A stretch of DNA of 64,000 nucleotides from Candidatus Latescibacterota bacterium (GTDB lineage Bacteria; Latescibacterota; UBA2968; GCA-2709665). The position numbers and the translations under genes were made by a program. This document shows positions 51,709-61,904 of this stretch, piece after piece (the first letter of the stretch is position 1; every line of letters begins with the position of its first letter). The notes under the pieces were generated by a model that saw only the letters and a list, made by a program, of their open reading frames with translations, searched no databases and was not told where the DNA came from. The stretch covers positions 3,936,001 through 4,000,000 of the forward strand of contig OZ242358.1 of NCBI GenBank assembly GCA_965208835.1. The letters run 5' to 3'.

Positions 51709-53139
51709 GTGAATCTGATCGTGTTGTGCAGCGACACCTTTCGCGTGGATCATCTCAGTTGTTACCGGGACGATTCGCCGGTCCGGACGCCCAATATCGA
51801 CCGCCTTGCCGAGGAAGGCGTTCGTTTCGATTCCGCATTCGGCGAAGGCATACCCACGCTGCCCGCCCGCCGGGTGCTCTATACCGGACGGCCGATCTTC
51901 CCGTTCCTGTGGGCGCCTCAGAAATGGGACCGCGTGCAGCTTGCCGGCTGGCATCCCTTGTTTCACGAAGACGTGACGCTGGCGGAGTGGCTGGTCGAAC
52001 GTGGTTACGTCACGGGGCTGATCAGCGATCTGCCGCACCAGTTCAAGCCCGGAAAGAACTTCCACAGGGGATTCGTCCAGTTCAACTGGGAACGCGGACA
52101 GGAAATGGACTACGTTGTGGCCGGGCCCCGGGGTGCCGCTCCGGTTGAGAGGTTCGATCCCACCGGCCGCGGATCGCCCGTGCTGACGCAGTTTCTGATG
52201 AACAGCCGGGACTGGAAAGACGATACCGACTGGTGCAGCGTGCGGGTGATTCGGAAGGGCATCGAATTCCTCAGGGAAAATGCCCGCCAGCAGCCGTTCA
52301 TGCTCTGGCTGGAGTGCTTTTTCCCGCACGAACCGTGGTTTGCCCCGCCCGAACTGGTGGAGCAGTATTACGAGGGGGACGACCACGACGGCGTGGAGTG
52401 GATTTTTCCGCCGGCCAGTACGGACGGGATGAGCGACAACCAGGTTCACCGGGTGCGGGCGCACTACCGGGGCCTGTGCGCGTTGATCGACCGGTGGTTC
52501 GGCCGGCTGATGGAAACCGCGGAAGAATTCGGACTGCTGGAGAATTCCATCGTCGTCTTCCTTTCCGATCACGGCACGATGATGGGAGAACAGGGTCAAC
52601 TCCATAAAGGCCCCAGCCGGCTGCGCTGGCAATGCACGCAGGTGCCTCTGATCATCCGGCATCCGGACGTGGACGCCATTGGCGGACGGATCGTGGATGC
52701 CTTTGTGCAACACCAGGACCTGATGCCCACCCTTCTGGGACTGATGGGGATCGATACCCCGGATCGATGTCTGGGCGAGGATCTCCGGAGGTACGACTCG
52801 GGAGACACTGTAGGCGGGAGGGAGCACGTGGTTACCGCATTCGGCAACTACGCCAGCGTTCGCAGCAGGAAATGGAACTACCAGACACCCTGGGTGAAGA
52901 ACAATCCCACGTCGGAGGGTGGAAACGCGCAACCGCTGGCGCCGCCCGAGCTCTACGATCTGGTGTCCGATCCCGATGAACTGCATAACGTGGCGGCAGA
53001 TCATCCCGACGTCGCAGAGGAATATCACGACCTGCTCATGAATTACATCAGGAAAAACAAACCGGTGACGGGAGGCTCACTGGAAGTTGGCGAAGCGGCC
53101 CTGTCGCACGTGCCGCTCTTCGATCAGTCACGGTTGTAG
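51709..53139 (+). CDS. Sulfatase-like hydrolase (alkaline phosphatase superfamily)
   Basis: NLIVLCSDTFR, PTLPARRVLYTGR, PHEPW, SDHG, VPLIIRHP and ELYDL. Confidence 0.85.
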   Translation: MNLIVLCSDTFRVDHLSCYRDDSPVRTPNIDRLAEEGVRFDSAFGEGIPTLPARRVLYTGRPIFPFLWAPQKWDRVQLAGWHPLFHEDVTLAEWLVERGYVTGLISDLPHQFKPGKNFHRGFVQFNWERGQEMDYVVAGPRGAAPVERFDPTGRGSPVLTQFLMNSRDWKDDTDWCSVRVIRKGIEFLRENARQQPFMLWLECFFPHEPWFAPPELVEQYYEGDDHDGVEWIFPPASTDGMSDNQVHRVRAHYRGLCALIDRWFGRLMETAEEFGLLENSIVVFLSDHGTMMGEQGQLHKGPSRLRWQCTQVPLIIRHPDVDAIGGRIVDAFVQHQDLMPTLLGLMGIDTPDRCLGEDLRRYDSGDTVGGREHVVTAFGNYASVRSRKWNYQTPWVKNNPTSEGGNAQPLAPPELYDLVSDPDELHNVAADHPDVAEEYHDLLMNYIRKNKPVTGGSLEVGEAALSHVPLFDQSRL

Positions 53140-53217
53140 TTGCACTACCGGGTCGGGGGCGCATCCAAGCAGACGCGCGGCCGCCCGCCGCCCGAAAACA
53201 CGCCAAGGAGGTTTGAG

Positions 53218-54312
53218 ATGGCCGAAAAACTGGGGGTTTTGGTACACGGCGCGGGCTGGGTTTCCACCCAGCACATCATGGCCTTCACCAACAACCCGCA
53301 TACCGAAGTCGTGGCTGTATCCAGCCGGAAACTGTCGAGCGCCCGGACGCGTGCCGAAGAGGCCGGACTGGAGGGCATCGGGCTGTACGACAACTATGAG
53401 CAAGCCCTTTCACACGACGGTGTTGACATCGTGTGCGTCTGCACGCCGCAGCGCTTTCACGCCGAGAATACCATCGCCGCGGCGGAGGGCGGGAAACACG
53501 TCGTCATCGAGAAGCCCATCGCCAACACCCTGGACGAGATCAGGTCCATGCGCACGGCGGTGAACGAGGCGGGCGTTCGTACGGTGGTGAGCTTCGTGCT
53601 GCGATGGAATCCGCTGTTCGAAACCATCAAAGCCATGGTCGCCGACGACGCCCTCGGAGACGTCTTCTACGTGGAAGCCGACTATCAGCACGATATCGCA
53701 AGCTGGTGGACGGGCTGGGACGAGGCCAGGAAGACGAGCACGGGCGTGAGCGCGTTTCTCACGGGCGGCTGTCACGCCATCGACTCCCTTCGCTGGTTCG
53801 CCGCACAGGGCGAGTTCGAAGCGGCGAAACCCGTGGAGGTGTTCGCCTATTCGGGCGGTTACCGGAAGGGTCTCAAGAAAGAGTTCGACTACCTGGCCAA
53901 CAAGTGGGTGGACGGCCTTCCCCTGGAGTACGACGACCTGGAAGTCGCCCTGGTGAAGTTTTCCAATGGAGCCGTCGGAAAGGTCTCCGTGAACTACGGG
54001 TGCATCATGCCGTACACGTTCCCCGTGGAGATCTTCGGAAACAAGGGAACCGTTAAGGACAACAAGGTCTGGTCGCACAAGTATCCCGGACAGAACAGCT
54101 GGGTGGAAATCCCGGCCATCCTGCCCGATAGCGCGGACGTGACCCACCACCCGTTCCAGGGACAGATGGATCACTTCGTGGAATGCATTCAGACCGGCAC
54201 GGAATCGCACTGCAACCTGGACGATGCAATTGTCACGCACGAGATCGCGTTTGCGGCCTTGCAGTGTTACGAAACCGGACAGCCTGTGCAACTCCCGCTG
54301 ATGCAGGACTGA
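53218..54312 (+). CDS. Gfo/Idh/MocA family oxidoreductase
   Basis: GAGWVS, GKHVVIEKP and GCHAID motifs. Confidence 0.9.
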   Translation: MAEKLGVLVHGAGWVSTQHIMAFTNNPHTEVVAVSSRKLSSARTRAEEAGLEGIGLYDNYEQALSHDGVDIVCVCTPQRFHAENTIAAAEGGKHVVIEKPIANTLDEIRSMRTAVNEAGVRTVVSFVLRWNPLFETIKAMVADDALGDVFYVEADYQHDIASWWTGWDEARKTSTGVSAFLTGGCHAIDSLRWFAAQGEFEAAKPVEVFAYSGGYRKGLKKEFDYLANKWVDGLPLEYDDLEVALVKFSNGAVGKVSVNYGCIMPYTFPVEIFGNKGTVKDNKVWSHKYPGQNSWVEIPAILPDSADVTHHPFQGQMDHFVECIQTGTESHCNLDDAIVTHEIAFAALQCYETGQPVQLPLMQD

Positions 54313-54392
54313 TTCCGAAACCGGTGACGGGGTCCGGTGATTTCCCTGTCGGTACCGCCGCCTGTTCGCCGGACGAGAAGGGTCCATCAACC

Positions 54393-55808
54393 ATGCCAAA
54401 ACGGAACCTGTTGTTTTTCGGTGTGGACAGCCTCTGGGCCGCCCACATGAGCTGTTACGGATACGGACGGTTGACGACCCCCTACGCGGACCGGCTGGCC
54501 ACGCAGGGGGTGTTATTCGAGAAAAACTACAGCCCGCATATCCCGACCACCTCCGCCTATGCGTCGATGCTGACCGGCATGGATTGTTTTTCCACGCAGG
54601 TCGTGGCGCTGCGCCACCAGGGCGGACTAAGGCCCGAAGTGAGGAGTCTCCCCGAGATTCTGCGCGGTGCCGGATACGATACGACTTGCGTCGGCTTCAC
54701 GGGCAATCCCAGCTCACGGGGGTTCGACCGGTATCTCGACTACGAGGCCTGGGGCTCATGGGAGCAACGGCCCCTTCGCAAGGCCGAGTGGCTGAACGAC
54801 GTTACCATTCCGGAACTGGAGCGGCTCGCCGCCGCCGACCGGCCCTTCTTCCTGTTTCTGCGTCATATGGACCCTCATGCGCCTTACCTGCCGCCCTCGC
54901 CGTACGATACGATGTTTTACAGCGGCGACCCGTGCGATCAAGCCAAAACGTCGATGGAACCGGTGCGGAATTTCAAGCCGTTTCGGGACTTTCATCTCAG
55001 CTGGATGCCGCCCGGCATCACCGATGCGGACTACGTGATCGCACAGTACGACGGCGAGGTCGCCTATATGGACGCCTGCATCCAGCGCATCCTCACCCGA
55101 TTGGAAGAACTGGGTCTGGCCGAAGATACCCTGGTCGTATTCAACGGCGATCACGGAGAGACGCTGGCCGATCACGATTGTTATTTCGATCATCACGGGA
55201 TGTACGACTGCACCCTGCACGTTCCGCTGATCCTTCGTCTCCCTGGCGTGCTACCCGAAGGACTGCGCGTGAACGGCTATACGAGCCATGCGGATCTCGC
55301 GCCGACCCTGTTGGAACTTCTGGATGTGCGCTCAGAGATCGAATTCGACGGGGATAGCCTCCTGCCGCTGATTCGTGGACAGCGGGCTTCGAACCGGGCG
55401 GAGTTTTATATCACGGAGGCCACGTGGATGCGCAAGCACGGATGGCGCACGCCCGAGTGGAAGCTGATTGTGGCGCTGGAGCCCGATTTCCACGGAAAGC
55501 CCGAGGTGGAGCTCTACAACCTGGTAGCGGATCCCGACGAGAACGACAACCTTGCTGACACGGAACCCGGCGTCGCACGGATGCTGCGAGACCGCATGGA
55601 CGCCTGGATCGAAAAACGGGAACAGGAAACGGGCCTGACCAATCCGATGTTCACGAACCTGCAGTGGCACGGCACCGGGCACGAGGGCCCTTTCACGAGT
55701 TCGGAGGCGGCATACAACGCCCTCTACATCGGGTCGCCGAAGACGGCCAGGAAATTGCAGGCGCGCGACGCCGAGGAAAGCGATGAAACGCCAGGCGGTG
55801 AGTCGTAA
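54393..55808 (+). CDS. Sulfatase-like hydrolase (alkaline phosphatase superfamily)
   Basis: NLLFFGVDSL, PTTSAYASMLTG, DPHAPY, YDGEVAYMD, GDHGE and ELYNL. Confidence 0.85.
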   Translation: MPKRNLLFFGVDSLWAAHMSCYGYGRLTTPYADRLATQGVLFEKNYSPHIPTTSAYASMLTGMDCFSTQVVALRHQGGLRPEVRSLPEILRGAGYDTTCVGFTGNPSSRGFDRYLDYEAWGSWEQRPLRKAEWLNDVTIPELERLAAADRPFFLFLRHMDPHAPYLPPSPYDTMFYSGDPCDQAKTSMEPVRNFKPFRDFHLSWMPPGITDADYVIAQYDGEVAYMDACIQRILTRLEELGLAEDTLVVFNGDHGETLADHDCYFDHHGMYDCTLHVPLILRLPGVLPEGLRVNGYTSHADLAPTLLELLDVRSEIEFDGDSLLPLIRGQRASNRAEFYITEATWMRKHGWRTPEWKLIVALEPDFHGKPEVELYNLVADPDENDNLADTEPGVARMLRDRMDAWIEKREQETGLTNPMFTNLQWHGTGHEGPFTSSEAAYNALYIGSPKTARKLQARDAEESDETPGGES

Positions 55809-55852
55809 CCCCGCTCCGGGTGGGCTTGCCGCCGTACCCACGATGAAGGAGA

Positions 55853-56956
55853 GTGAAAATGAGCGACGGATTTCCGCTCCTTGAGGTTTCGGGATCGCCC
55901 CTGAATCGCGGCAGGGCGCACGGAGAGGCGTTCCGTGAAGAAATTCGCGCGTTGATTCCGGTCTATTTTGACTACCTGGAGCGTACGAGCCGGAATCATG
56001 GCGTACCTGTATTGAGCAGGACGCGGGTACTTGAAATCGCCGGGACCTACGCGAAGCCCGCGGAAGCCTATGCTCCGGACCTGGTGGAAGAGGCCGGAGG
56101 AATTGCCGATGGCGCGGGTGTGCCTATTGAGGAGATCATGGCGCTCAACGGCTTCCTGGACATTTTCGACTATCTCTCCCCGAACTTTATCGGGGCGGGA
56201 TGTACGACGTTCATGGTCCCTGATATGGAAGGCGGCGCACGTGCCGCCATCGGCCAGAATTACGACCTGGTGGAGATCTTCCAGCCTGCGGCAGTATTGC
56301 TGCAAATCACCGGTGCAGGACCGGACGCGCTCATGTACACGACGGCGGGAATGCTCGGGAGCGCGGGTCTGAACAGCGAGGGCATCGGCGTTGTCATCAA
56401 CAACCTCGTCCCCGGCGACGCCGGACCTGGCGTTCCCTACCCGTTCGTGATCAGGCGCATTCTCGCCACGGCTCAAATCGGAGACGCAATAGACGCCGCG
56501 GTCTCCTCTCGCCGGGCGTCCGGCATGAACTATGTTCTGTGCGACCGGCACGGGGAGATCTACAACCTGGAAACCACGGCCGCCGACTACGAGGCCACCA
56601 GCCCGTTCGACGGACCGATGGCGCACTCGAACCATTATCTGGCGGACCGCCTTATTCCGCTGGAGCGCCGCGCGAACGATCAGCGGGGCCAGAGCCTCGC
56701 GCGCTGGGGCCGGGCAACGCGGCTTCTGAACAGGTCTGCCGATCCGGATGCCGAGACGATCAAGTCGGCGCTCGGCGATCACGTGAACAGCCCCGTTTCG
56801 ATCTGCAGGCACAGCGTGGACGGTTGCGGGCAGACGATTTGCGGCATTGTTCTGGAGCCGTCAAATGGCAGAGCCTGGTTCGCCAGGGGGCCCTGCTGCG
56901 AACACGATTGGGTGGAGTACCGTCTGTTTGAGGTCGCGGGCCGTCGTGTCGCCTGA
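55853..56956 (+). CDS. C45 family Ntn-hydrolase (acyl-CoA:6-APA acyltransferase-like)
   Basis: RGRAHG N-terminus, autocleavage site G|CTTF, GQNYD, GLNSEG and HSNHY. Confidence 0.85.
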   Translation: MKMSDGFPLLEVSGSPLNRGRAHGEAFREEIRALIPVYFDYLERTSRNHGVPVLSRTRVLEIAGTYAKPAEAYAPDLVEEAGGIADGAGVPIEEIMALNGFLDIFDYLSPNFIGAGCTTFMVPDMEGGARAAIGQNYDLVEIFQPAAVLLQITGAGPDALMYTTAGMLGSAGLNSEGIGVVINNLVPGDAGPGVPYPFVIRRILATAQIGDAIDAAVSSRRASGMNYVLCDRHGEIYNLETTAADYEATSPFDGPMAHSNHYLADRLIPLERRANDQRGQSLARWGRATRLLNRSADPDAETIKSALGDHVNSPVSICRHSVDGCGQTICGIVLEPSNGRAWFARGPCCEHDWVEYRLFEVAGRRVA

Positions 56957-57034
56957 CGGAAGTCGCCACCAGCCGCAGTTCCTGAACCTCCGATTGAACG
57001 ACGACTCACGACCCACCACCTGAAAGCTTCTGAC

Positions 57035-57736
57035 ATGGATGCGAAAATCGAACGCTGGTTCAGGGCGCCGTACGGGATGCCCAATGGAGTGCAGGCAACC
57101 GGCGACGGCATATGGGTGGTCGATCAGGTAACGGACCGGGCCGCGCTGCTGGACGTCTCGGATGCGGACGAGTACGGAATGCTGCGGCTGCGGACGGAAG
57201 TGCAGACCGAGTCGTCCAACACCAGCGGGATGGCCTGGGGTGAAGGAGCGCTTTGGCTGGCGGCCAACGGTTCGGCGGAGAAGTGGAGAACACCCCGTGA
57301 CACGGACGCGGATTCGGGCGAAATCCTGCGTGTGGATCCAGCGTCCGGAATCACAAAGGGGCGATGGCCGCTGCCGGGCGGCGGCGGCACGCACGGGCTG
57401 GAATACGATCCGTACGAGACCGGAACGTTGTGGCTGACCACGTTGAAAGACCAGACGCTGACTCAGGTGCGAATATCGGACTGGACGATTCAACGCGTGT
57501 TTCCCCTTCCGTACGGACGCGCACACGGCGTTGTTCGCGTTGAGAACGGGGTGTGGATAGTACACACTTCCGATCGGTTGATCGTAAAACTCGATCCGCT
57601 CACGGGCGATCAACTGGATTGCATCCATGTCCCGCCGTCAGATCCGGAGCCCCATGGGCTCTCCGGTTACGATGGCGGTTTCCTCTATTGCGACGCTTCG
57701 TCGGGATGGGTTGCAAGAATCCTGGCGGATGGGTAA
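57035..57736 (+). CDS. Beta-propeller protein of unknown function
   Basis: Repeated blades PNG/THG/AHG/PHG...LW. Confidence 0.6.
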   Translation: MDAKIERWFRAPYGMPNGVQATGDGIWVVDQVTDRAALLDVSDADEYGMLRLRTEVQTESSNTSGMAWGEGALWLAANGSAEKWRTPRDTDADSGEILRVDPASGITKGRWPLPGGGGTHGLEYDPYETGTLWLTTLKDQTLTQVRISDWTIQRVFPLPYGRAHGVVRVENGVWIVHTSDRLIVKLDPLTGDQLDCIHVPPSDPEPHGLSGYDGGFLYCDASSGWVARILADG

Positions 57737-57776
57737 CACGGGTTGTTGCAGCCCGCGCGAGATACGGAAGAGAGTG

Positions 57777-60593
57777 ATGAAACACAAGGTGCTTTCTGTT
57801 AAGGGATCGACGCGGGGAACCGCGTATACGATGAGCAACAAGATCCTGACCCACGCGGGTAAGACACACGTGGCGTGGCTGGACCAGATCTGCAAGATCT
57901 ACGTGCGGACCTACCATCACAAGACCAGGCGCTGGGGAGTGCCGGTCTACGTGGGTACCGGGGACGACAACCACGCCGGAGCGGCGTTTACAATGGATTC
58001 GCGTGGCTATTTGCACCTGGCATTCGGACCCCATCACAATCCAATCCGTCACGTGGTGAGCAAGCTCCCCAATACCGCGACGTCGTGGATGGAGCAACCC
58101 TCGTTCGGAGGGACCACGGCGACCTATCCGAGCATGGTCTGCGACGCGGACGATACGTTGCACGCGTGTTACCGCGGATCGTACGCCGCGGAGCGGCCAT
58201 GGTCGCTGGTGTATCAGAAGAGGAAGAAGGGCGGCGCTTGGACGGACCCCGTCAAGCTCGTGGACCCCGAAGGACCGCCCGCATATACGCAATTCGAAAA
58301 CGCGCTTCACATCGACCGGCGCGGAACCCTGTATCTGGCGTATCATATCGTACGGGCCACCGATGCCGATTACGGCGACACGCGCGGCAGGGGGTTCGGG
58401 CTGATGCTTTCCCCCGACAGAGGCGAGAGCTGGCAGACTGTCGACGGACGCGCGCTCGACCTCCCCACAACCCCGGCTTCAACCTGCGTTATCGAATTCA
58501 ATGAAGGTCTCGACGTCCGCATGGGTAACGTCGTAACCGGCGGCACGGGAACGCCCTGCTTTACGCTGAATCGCAGGGAGAACGGCGCGGCGGAGACGTT
58601 CGTTTACACCAGAAGAAAGGACGACTGGCAGGTGGTCTCTCTGATGCCCCACTCGGAGCGGCTGTTCGGCGAATGCGAGATGTCGGACGTGTGCGCGCTC
58701 AGCATCGCGGACGACGGCGTCATCTACGCGGCGGGCCCGGTCTGTCGGCGGGGAGGCGGCTGGGCGGATTCCAGCAACGAGATCGCGCTGTTTACGTCGC
58801 GGGACGGCGGGGAGACGTTTTCGGGCTATAGGATATCGGCGGACGAACCGGACGCATCCAACTGGCTGCCGGCCCTCGAAAGGCAGACGGGACACAACCG
58901 TGTGGACGTACCGCGTCTGGTCTATACACACGGGCATATCGGCGAGGGATGCAGCCCGGATATCGATACGGAGATCCGGTATGTATCGCTGAACGGCATC
59001 GCGGAGGCGGAGGCAGCTGTCGCAGACGCCCGGGTCGCGGGCGCGGAGCAGTTGAGCGGAATCCGCTTTACAGAAGTACAGCGCGGGGAAATGAGGCGGG
59101 ACGTGGAGCAATACCGCCTCCGTTACAGGGAACTTCGCGAGGTGGACGTGGGCTACGACGTGAGCCCGTCGTCTGTCTTCCTGCCCGGCGTTGAGGCGCC
59201 GCCGTCCGGAAAACAACGGGCGTTCCGTTTGACCGCTTCCGCGGTCGAGCGACCGGCATCCGATGATGACCTGGCGTTTCTGCCGGTGGGCGCGCTGGCC
59301 CGTCTGGTGGAATCCCGCGAGGTTTCTCCCGTTGAACTTACCAGGCTTTATCTGAATCGACTCGACGCGTTCGGCGAAGCGTTGCACTGCGTGGTTTCGT
59401 TGACCGAAGACGTGGCACTGGCGCAGGCGAAGACGGCCGAGGCGGAGATCATGGCCGGTGATTACCGGGGGCCGCTGCACGGGGTCCCCTGGGGCGCCAA
59501 GGACCTGCTGGCCACAAAGGGAATCAGGACCACGTGGGGCGCCACTCCGTTCAAAAGACAAACCGGCGAAACCGACGCGGCCGTTGTGGAACGGCTTCGG
59601 GATGCCGGCGCGGTTCTCGCAGCCAAGCTCTCGACCGGGGCTCTTGCGATGGGGCCGCACTGGTTTGGAGGTATGACCCGGAACCCATGGGATATCCAAA
59701 CAGACTCAAGCGGGTCGTCGGCCGGACCGGGCGCCGCGACCGCCGCGGGCCTTGTCGGCTTCAGCATCGGTTCGGAGACACAGGGTTCGATCGTCTCGCC
59801 GAGCCACACCTGCGGGGTGACGGGGCTGCGGCCCACATACGGCCGCGTGAGCCGATACGGCGCGATGGCCCTTGCCTGGACCATGGACAAACTCGGCCCC
59901 ATGTGCCGCGGCGTTGAAGATTGCGCGGCCGTGTTCAGCGCGATTCACGGACCGGACGGGAGAGACCGATCCGTGGTGGACGCGCCGTTCAACTGGCCCG
60001 CAGCCCCGGATGTAACCGCACTGCGAATCGGATTGATCCAGCCTGAATTCGATGCCATCGATGATGCCGCAGACCGTGTTGTCTACGAGGCCGCGATTCG
60101 GACGTTCGAGGGTCTGGGATCGCGGGTCGAACCGGTGACGCTGCCGGAATGTCCGCACGGCGCGGTCTCGATGATGCTTTGCGTGGAAGCGGCGGCCGCG
60201 TTCGACAGTGCGACGCGGGCGGGCGAGCTGGATTCCATGATCGATGCGGACAAGAGTTCCTGGCCCACGGTACTTCGCAGCTATCGCATGGTGCCCGCCG
60301 TTGAATATCTGCGCGCGCAGCAGGTGCGTTCCCTGATGATTCGCGACATGGAGGAACTGATGGCGAATTGGGACGTGCTTCTGGCGCCCGGAAGAGGCGG
60401 GGCGAGCCTGACCGTTACCAATCTCACGGGCCATCCGGCCCTGACGCTGAAGTGCGGTTTCGTGGAAGGGATGCCACGGGGATTGACGCTGATCGGGAAC
60501 CTCTACGACGAAGCGACCGTTCTGGCCGCTGGCATGGCATACGAGCAGGCGACGGATTGGCATCGTCAGCATCCGAATGTCGGAAGAGGCTAG
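57777..60593 (+). CDS. BNR/Asp-box beta-propeller fused to an amidase-signature amidase
   Basis: N-half DDNHAG, Asp-boxes SPDRGESW and SRDGGETF; C-half GAKDLL, SSGSSAG and GSETQGSIVSPS (Ser-cisSer-Lys triad). Confidence 0.85.
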   Translation: MKHKVLSVKGSTRGTAYTMSNKILTHAGKTHVAWLDQICKIYVRTYHHKTRRWGVPVYVGTGDDNHAGAAFTMDSRGYLHLAFGPHHNPIRHVVSKLPNTATSWMEQPSFGGTTATYPSMVCDADDTLHACYRGSYAAERPWSLVYQKRKKGGAWTDPVKLVDPEGPPAYTQFENALHIDRRGTLYLAYHIVRATDADYGDTRGRGFGLMLSPDRGESWQTVDGRALDLPTTPASTCVIEFNEGLDVRMGNVVTGGTGTPCFTLNRRENGAAETFVYTRRKDDWQVVSLMPHSERLFGECEMSDVCALSIADDGVIYAAGPVCRRGGGWADSSNEIALFTSRDGGETFSGYRISADEPDASNWLPALERQTGHNRVDVPRLVYTHGHIGEGCSPDIDTEIRYVSLNGIAEAEAAVADARVAGAEQLSGIRFTEVQRGEMRRDVEQYRLRYRELREVDVGYDVSPSSVFLPGVEAPPSGKQRAFRLTASAVERPASDDDLAFLPVGALARLVESREVSPVELTRLYLNRLDAFGEALHCVVSLTEDVALAQAKTAEAEIMAGDYRGPLHGVPWGAKDLLATKGIRTTWGATPFKRQTGETDAAVVERLRDAGAVLAAKLSTGALAMGPHWFGGMTRNPWDIQTDSSGSSAGPGAATAAGLVGFSIGSETQGSIVSPSHTCGVTGLRPTYGRVSRYGAMALAWTMDKLGPMCRGVEDCAAVFSAIHGPDGRDRSVVDAPFNWPAAPDVTALRIGLIQPEFDAIDDAADRVVYEAAIRTFEGLGSRVEPVTLPECPHGAVSMMLCVEAAAAFDSATRAGELDSMIDADKSSWPTVLRSYRMVPAVEYLRAQQVRSLMIRDMEELMANWDVLLAPGRGGASLTVTNLTGHPALTLKCGFVEGMPRGLTLIGNLYDEATVLAAGMAYEQATDWHRQHPNVGRG

Positions 60594-60749
60594 TGAGACA
60601 GGATCCACCCCTCCGAAATCGGTCCCTCGGACACTGAAATCGGGGCCCCGGTATTCACGTCCGCGGACCCCTGATCCCCATAGTTCCGGTTTTGCAGGTG
60701 TGTTTTGGTGTAAAATTCGCAACATCATCAATCATTGGAGGTCTGAAAG

Positions 60750-61832
60750 ATGGCAGAAGAATTCAGAGGCATGCCGTGCCGGCGGGTTGGGAACTCCGGT
60801 CTGTTCGTATCGGTCGTAGGGCTTGGCATGTGGAAATGGGGCGACCCCGTGTACGATGGATCCCGCATCGGTGACCACGAGGGGTTCAAGGTCCTGGACC
60901 GCGCCCTGGAACTGGGGGTCTTTCACTGGGATACGGCATGTTCCTACAACCTGGCATCGGGAAATTCCGAACGCCTGCTGGGGCGCTACTTCGCCTCGCG
61001 TCCACGGGCGGTCAGGGAGCAGGTGGTCATGGCAACCAAGATTCACAACCCGGTGCGCGCAGAGCACGCCATGGAGGCCGATTTTACGCCAAACCAGCTC
61101 GGCGCCTCCCGGACGTACATCCACTTCGGCGTGGACAAGTGTCTGGAGCGGATGCGGACCGACTATATCGACCTGCTCTACCTGCACCAGAACGGCACCG
61201 ACGAAGAAGGAAACTACCGGGTGCCCATCGAGGAAACCTGGGGTGCGTTCGACGATCTGGTCACGCAGGGAAAGGTGCGTTACCTGGCGGTTTCCAATCA
61301 TTCGGCGAAACAGATGGCCAACGTGGTAGCGGCGCTGGAAAGGGTGGGCAAGGACGTCTCCCGCCGGATCGTGGCCGTGCAGAACCGGTACAATCTCGTA
61401 CAGCAGGATGCGGTCGCGGCCGAGGACGGCGGCCGCGCGGCTGATTTGCTGAAGGCGGCTGCCAGGGCCGAAGTGGGCGTGATTCCCTATTATCCGCTCG
61501 CGAGCGGCCTGCTCACCGGCCGGTACCGCAAGGGAAGTCTGGAAGACGCCAGCGGTCGGATCATAGACGACGGCGACGAGGCCGAATTCTTGACGGAACC
61601 CTACCTGGAGGCCGTCGAAGGGCTGCTCGCGGTTGCTGAAGCGAAGGGGATTTCTCTGGCCCAGCTCGCCATCGCCTGGCTGCTGGCCAGAGAGCAGGTG
61701 CCGTCCGTCATCGCCGGCGTAACGGCGATGCGGCACCTGGAGGACAACGTGAACGCGGCAGGCGTGGTGTTGACGGACGACGAGATTGCGCGAATCGACG
61801 ACGTCGTGCAAGCCGCGCTCGGAACCGGCTAG
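60750..61832 (+). CDS. Aldo/keto reductase
   Basis: DTACSY, SERLLG, DYIDLLYLH, GKVRYLAVSN and PLASGLLTG. Confidence 0.92.
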   Translation: MAEEFRGMPCRRVGNSGLFVSVVGLGMWKWGDPVYDGSRIGDHEGFKVLDRALELGVFHWDTACSYNLASGNSERLLGRYFASRPRAVREQVVMATKIHNPVRAEHAMEADFTPNQLGASRTYIHFGVDKCLERMRTDYIDLLYLHQNGTDEEGNYRVPIEETWGAFDDLVTQGKVRYLAVSNHSAKQMANVVAALERVGKDVSRRIVAVQNRYNLVQQDAVAAEDGGRAADLLKAAARAEVGVIPYYPLASGLLTGRYRKGSLEDASGRIIDDGDEAEFLTEPYLEAVEGLLAVAEAKGISLAQLAIAWLLAREQVPSVIAGVTAMRHLEDNVNAAGVVLTDDEIARIDDVVQAALGTG

Positions 61833-61904
61833 AAATTCTGTCTGAAGCGGCCGTGAGGCCGTGCCAAAAGAGCTGCTTTATCAACGGACCGCCGGGATCC
61901 AACC

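Noticed and set aside
50854-53028. 724-aa minus-strand ORF
   Set aside because: Antisense shadow of the DUF899 and sulfatase-like genes, with no recognisable domain.
59260-60593. Amidase domain as GatA of GatCAB
   Set aside because: No gatB/gatC nearby, it is fused to a BNR domain, and it lacks GatA-specific segments.
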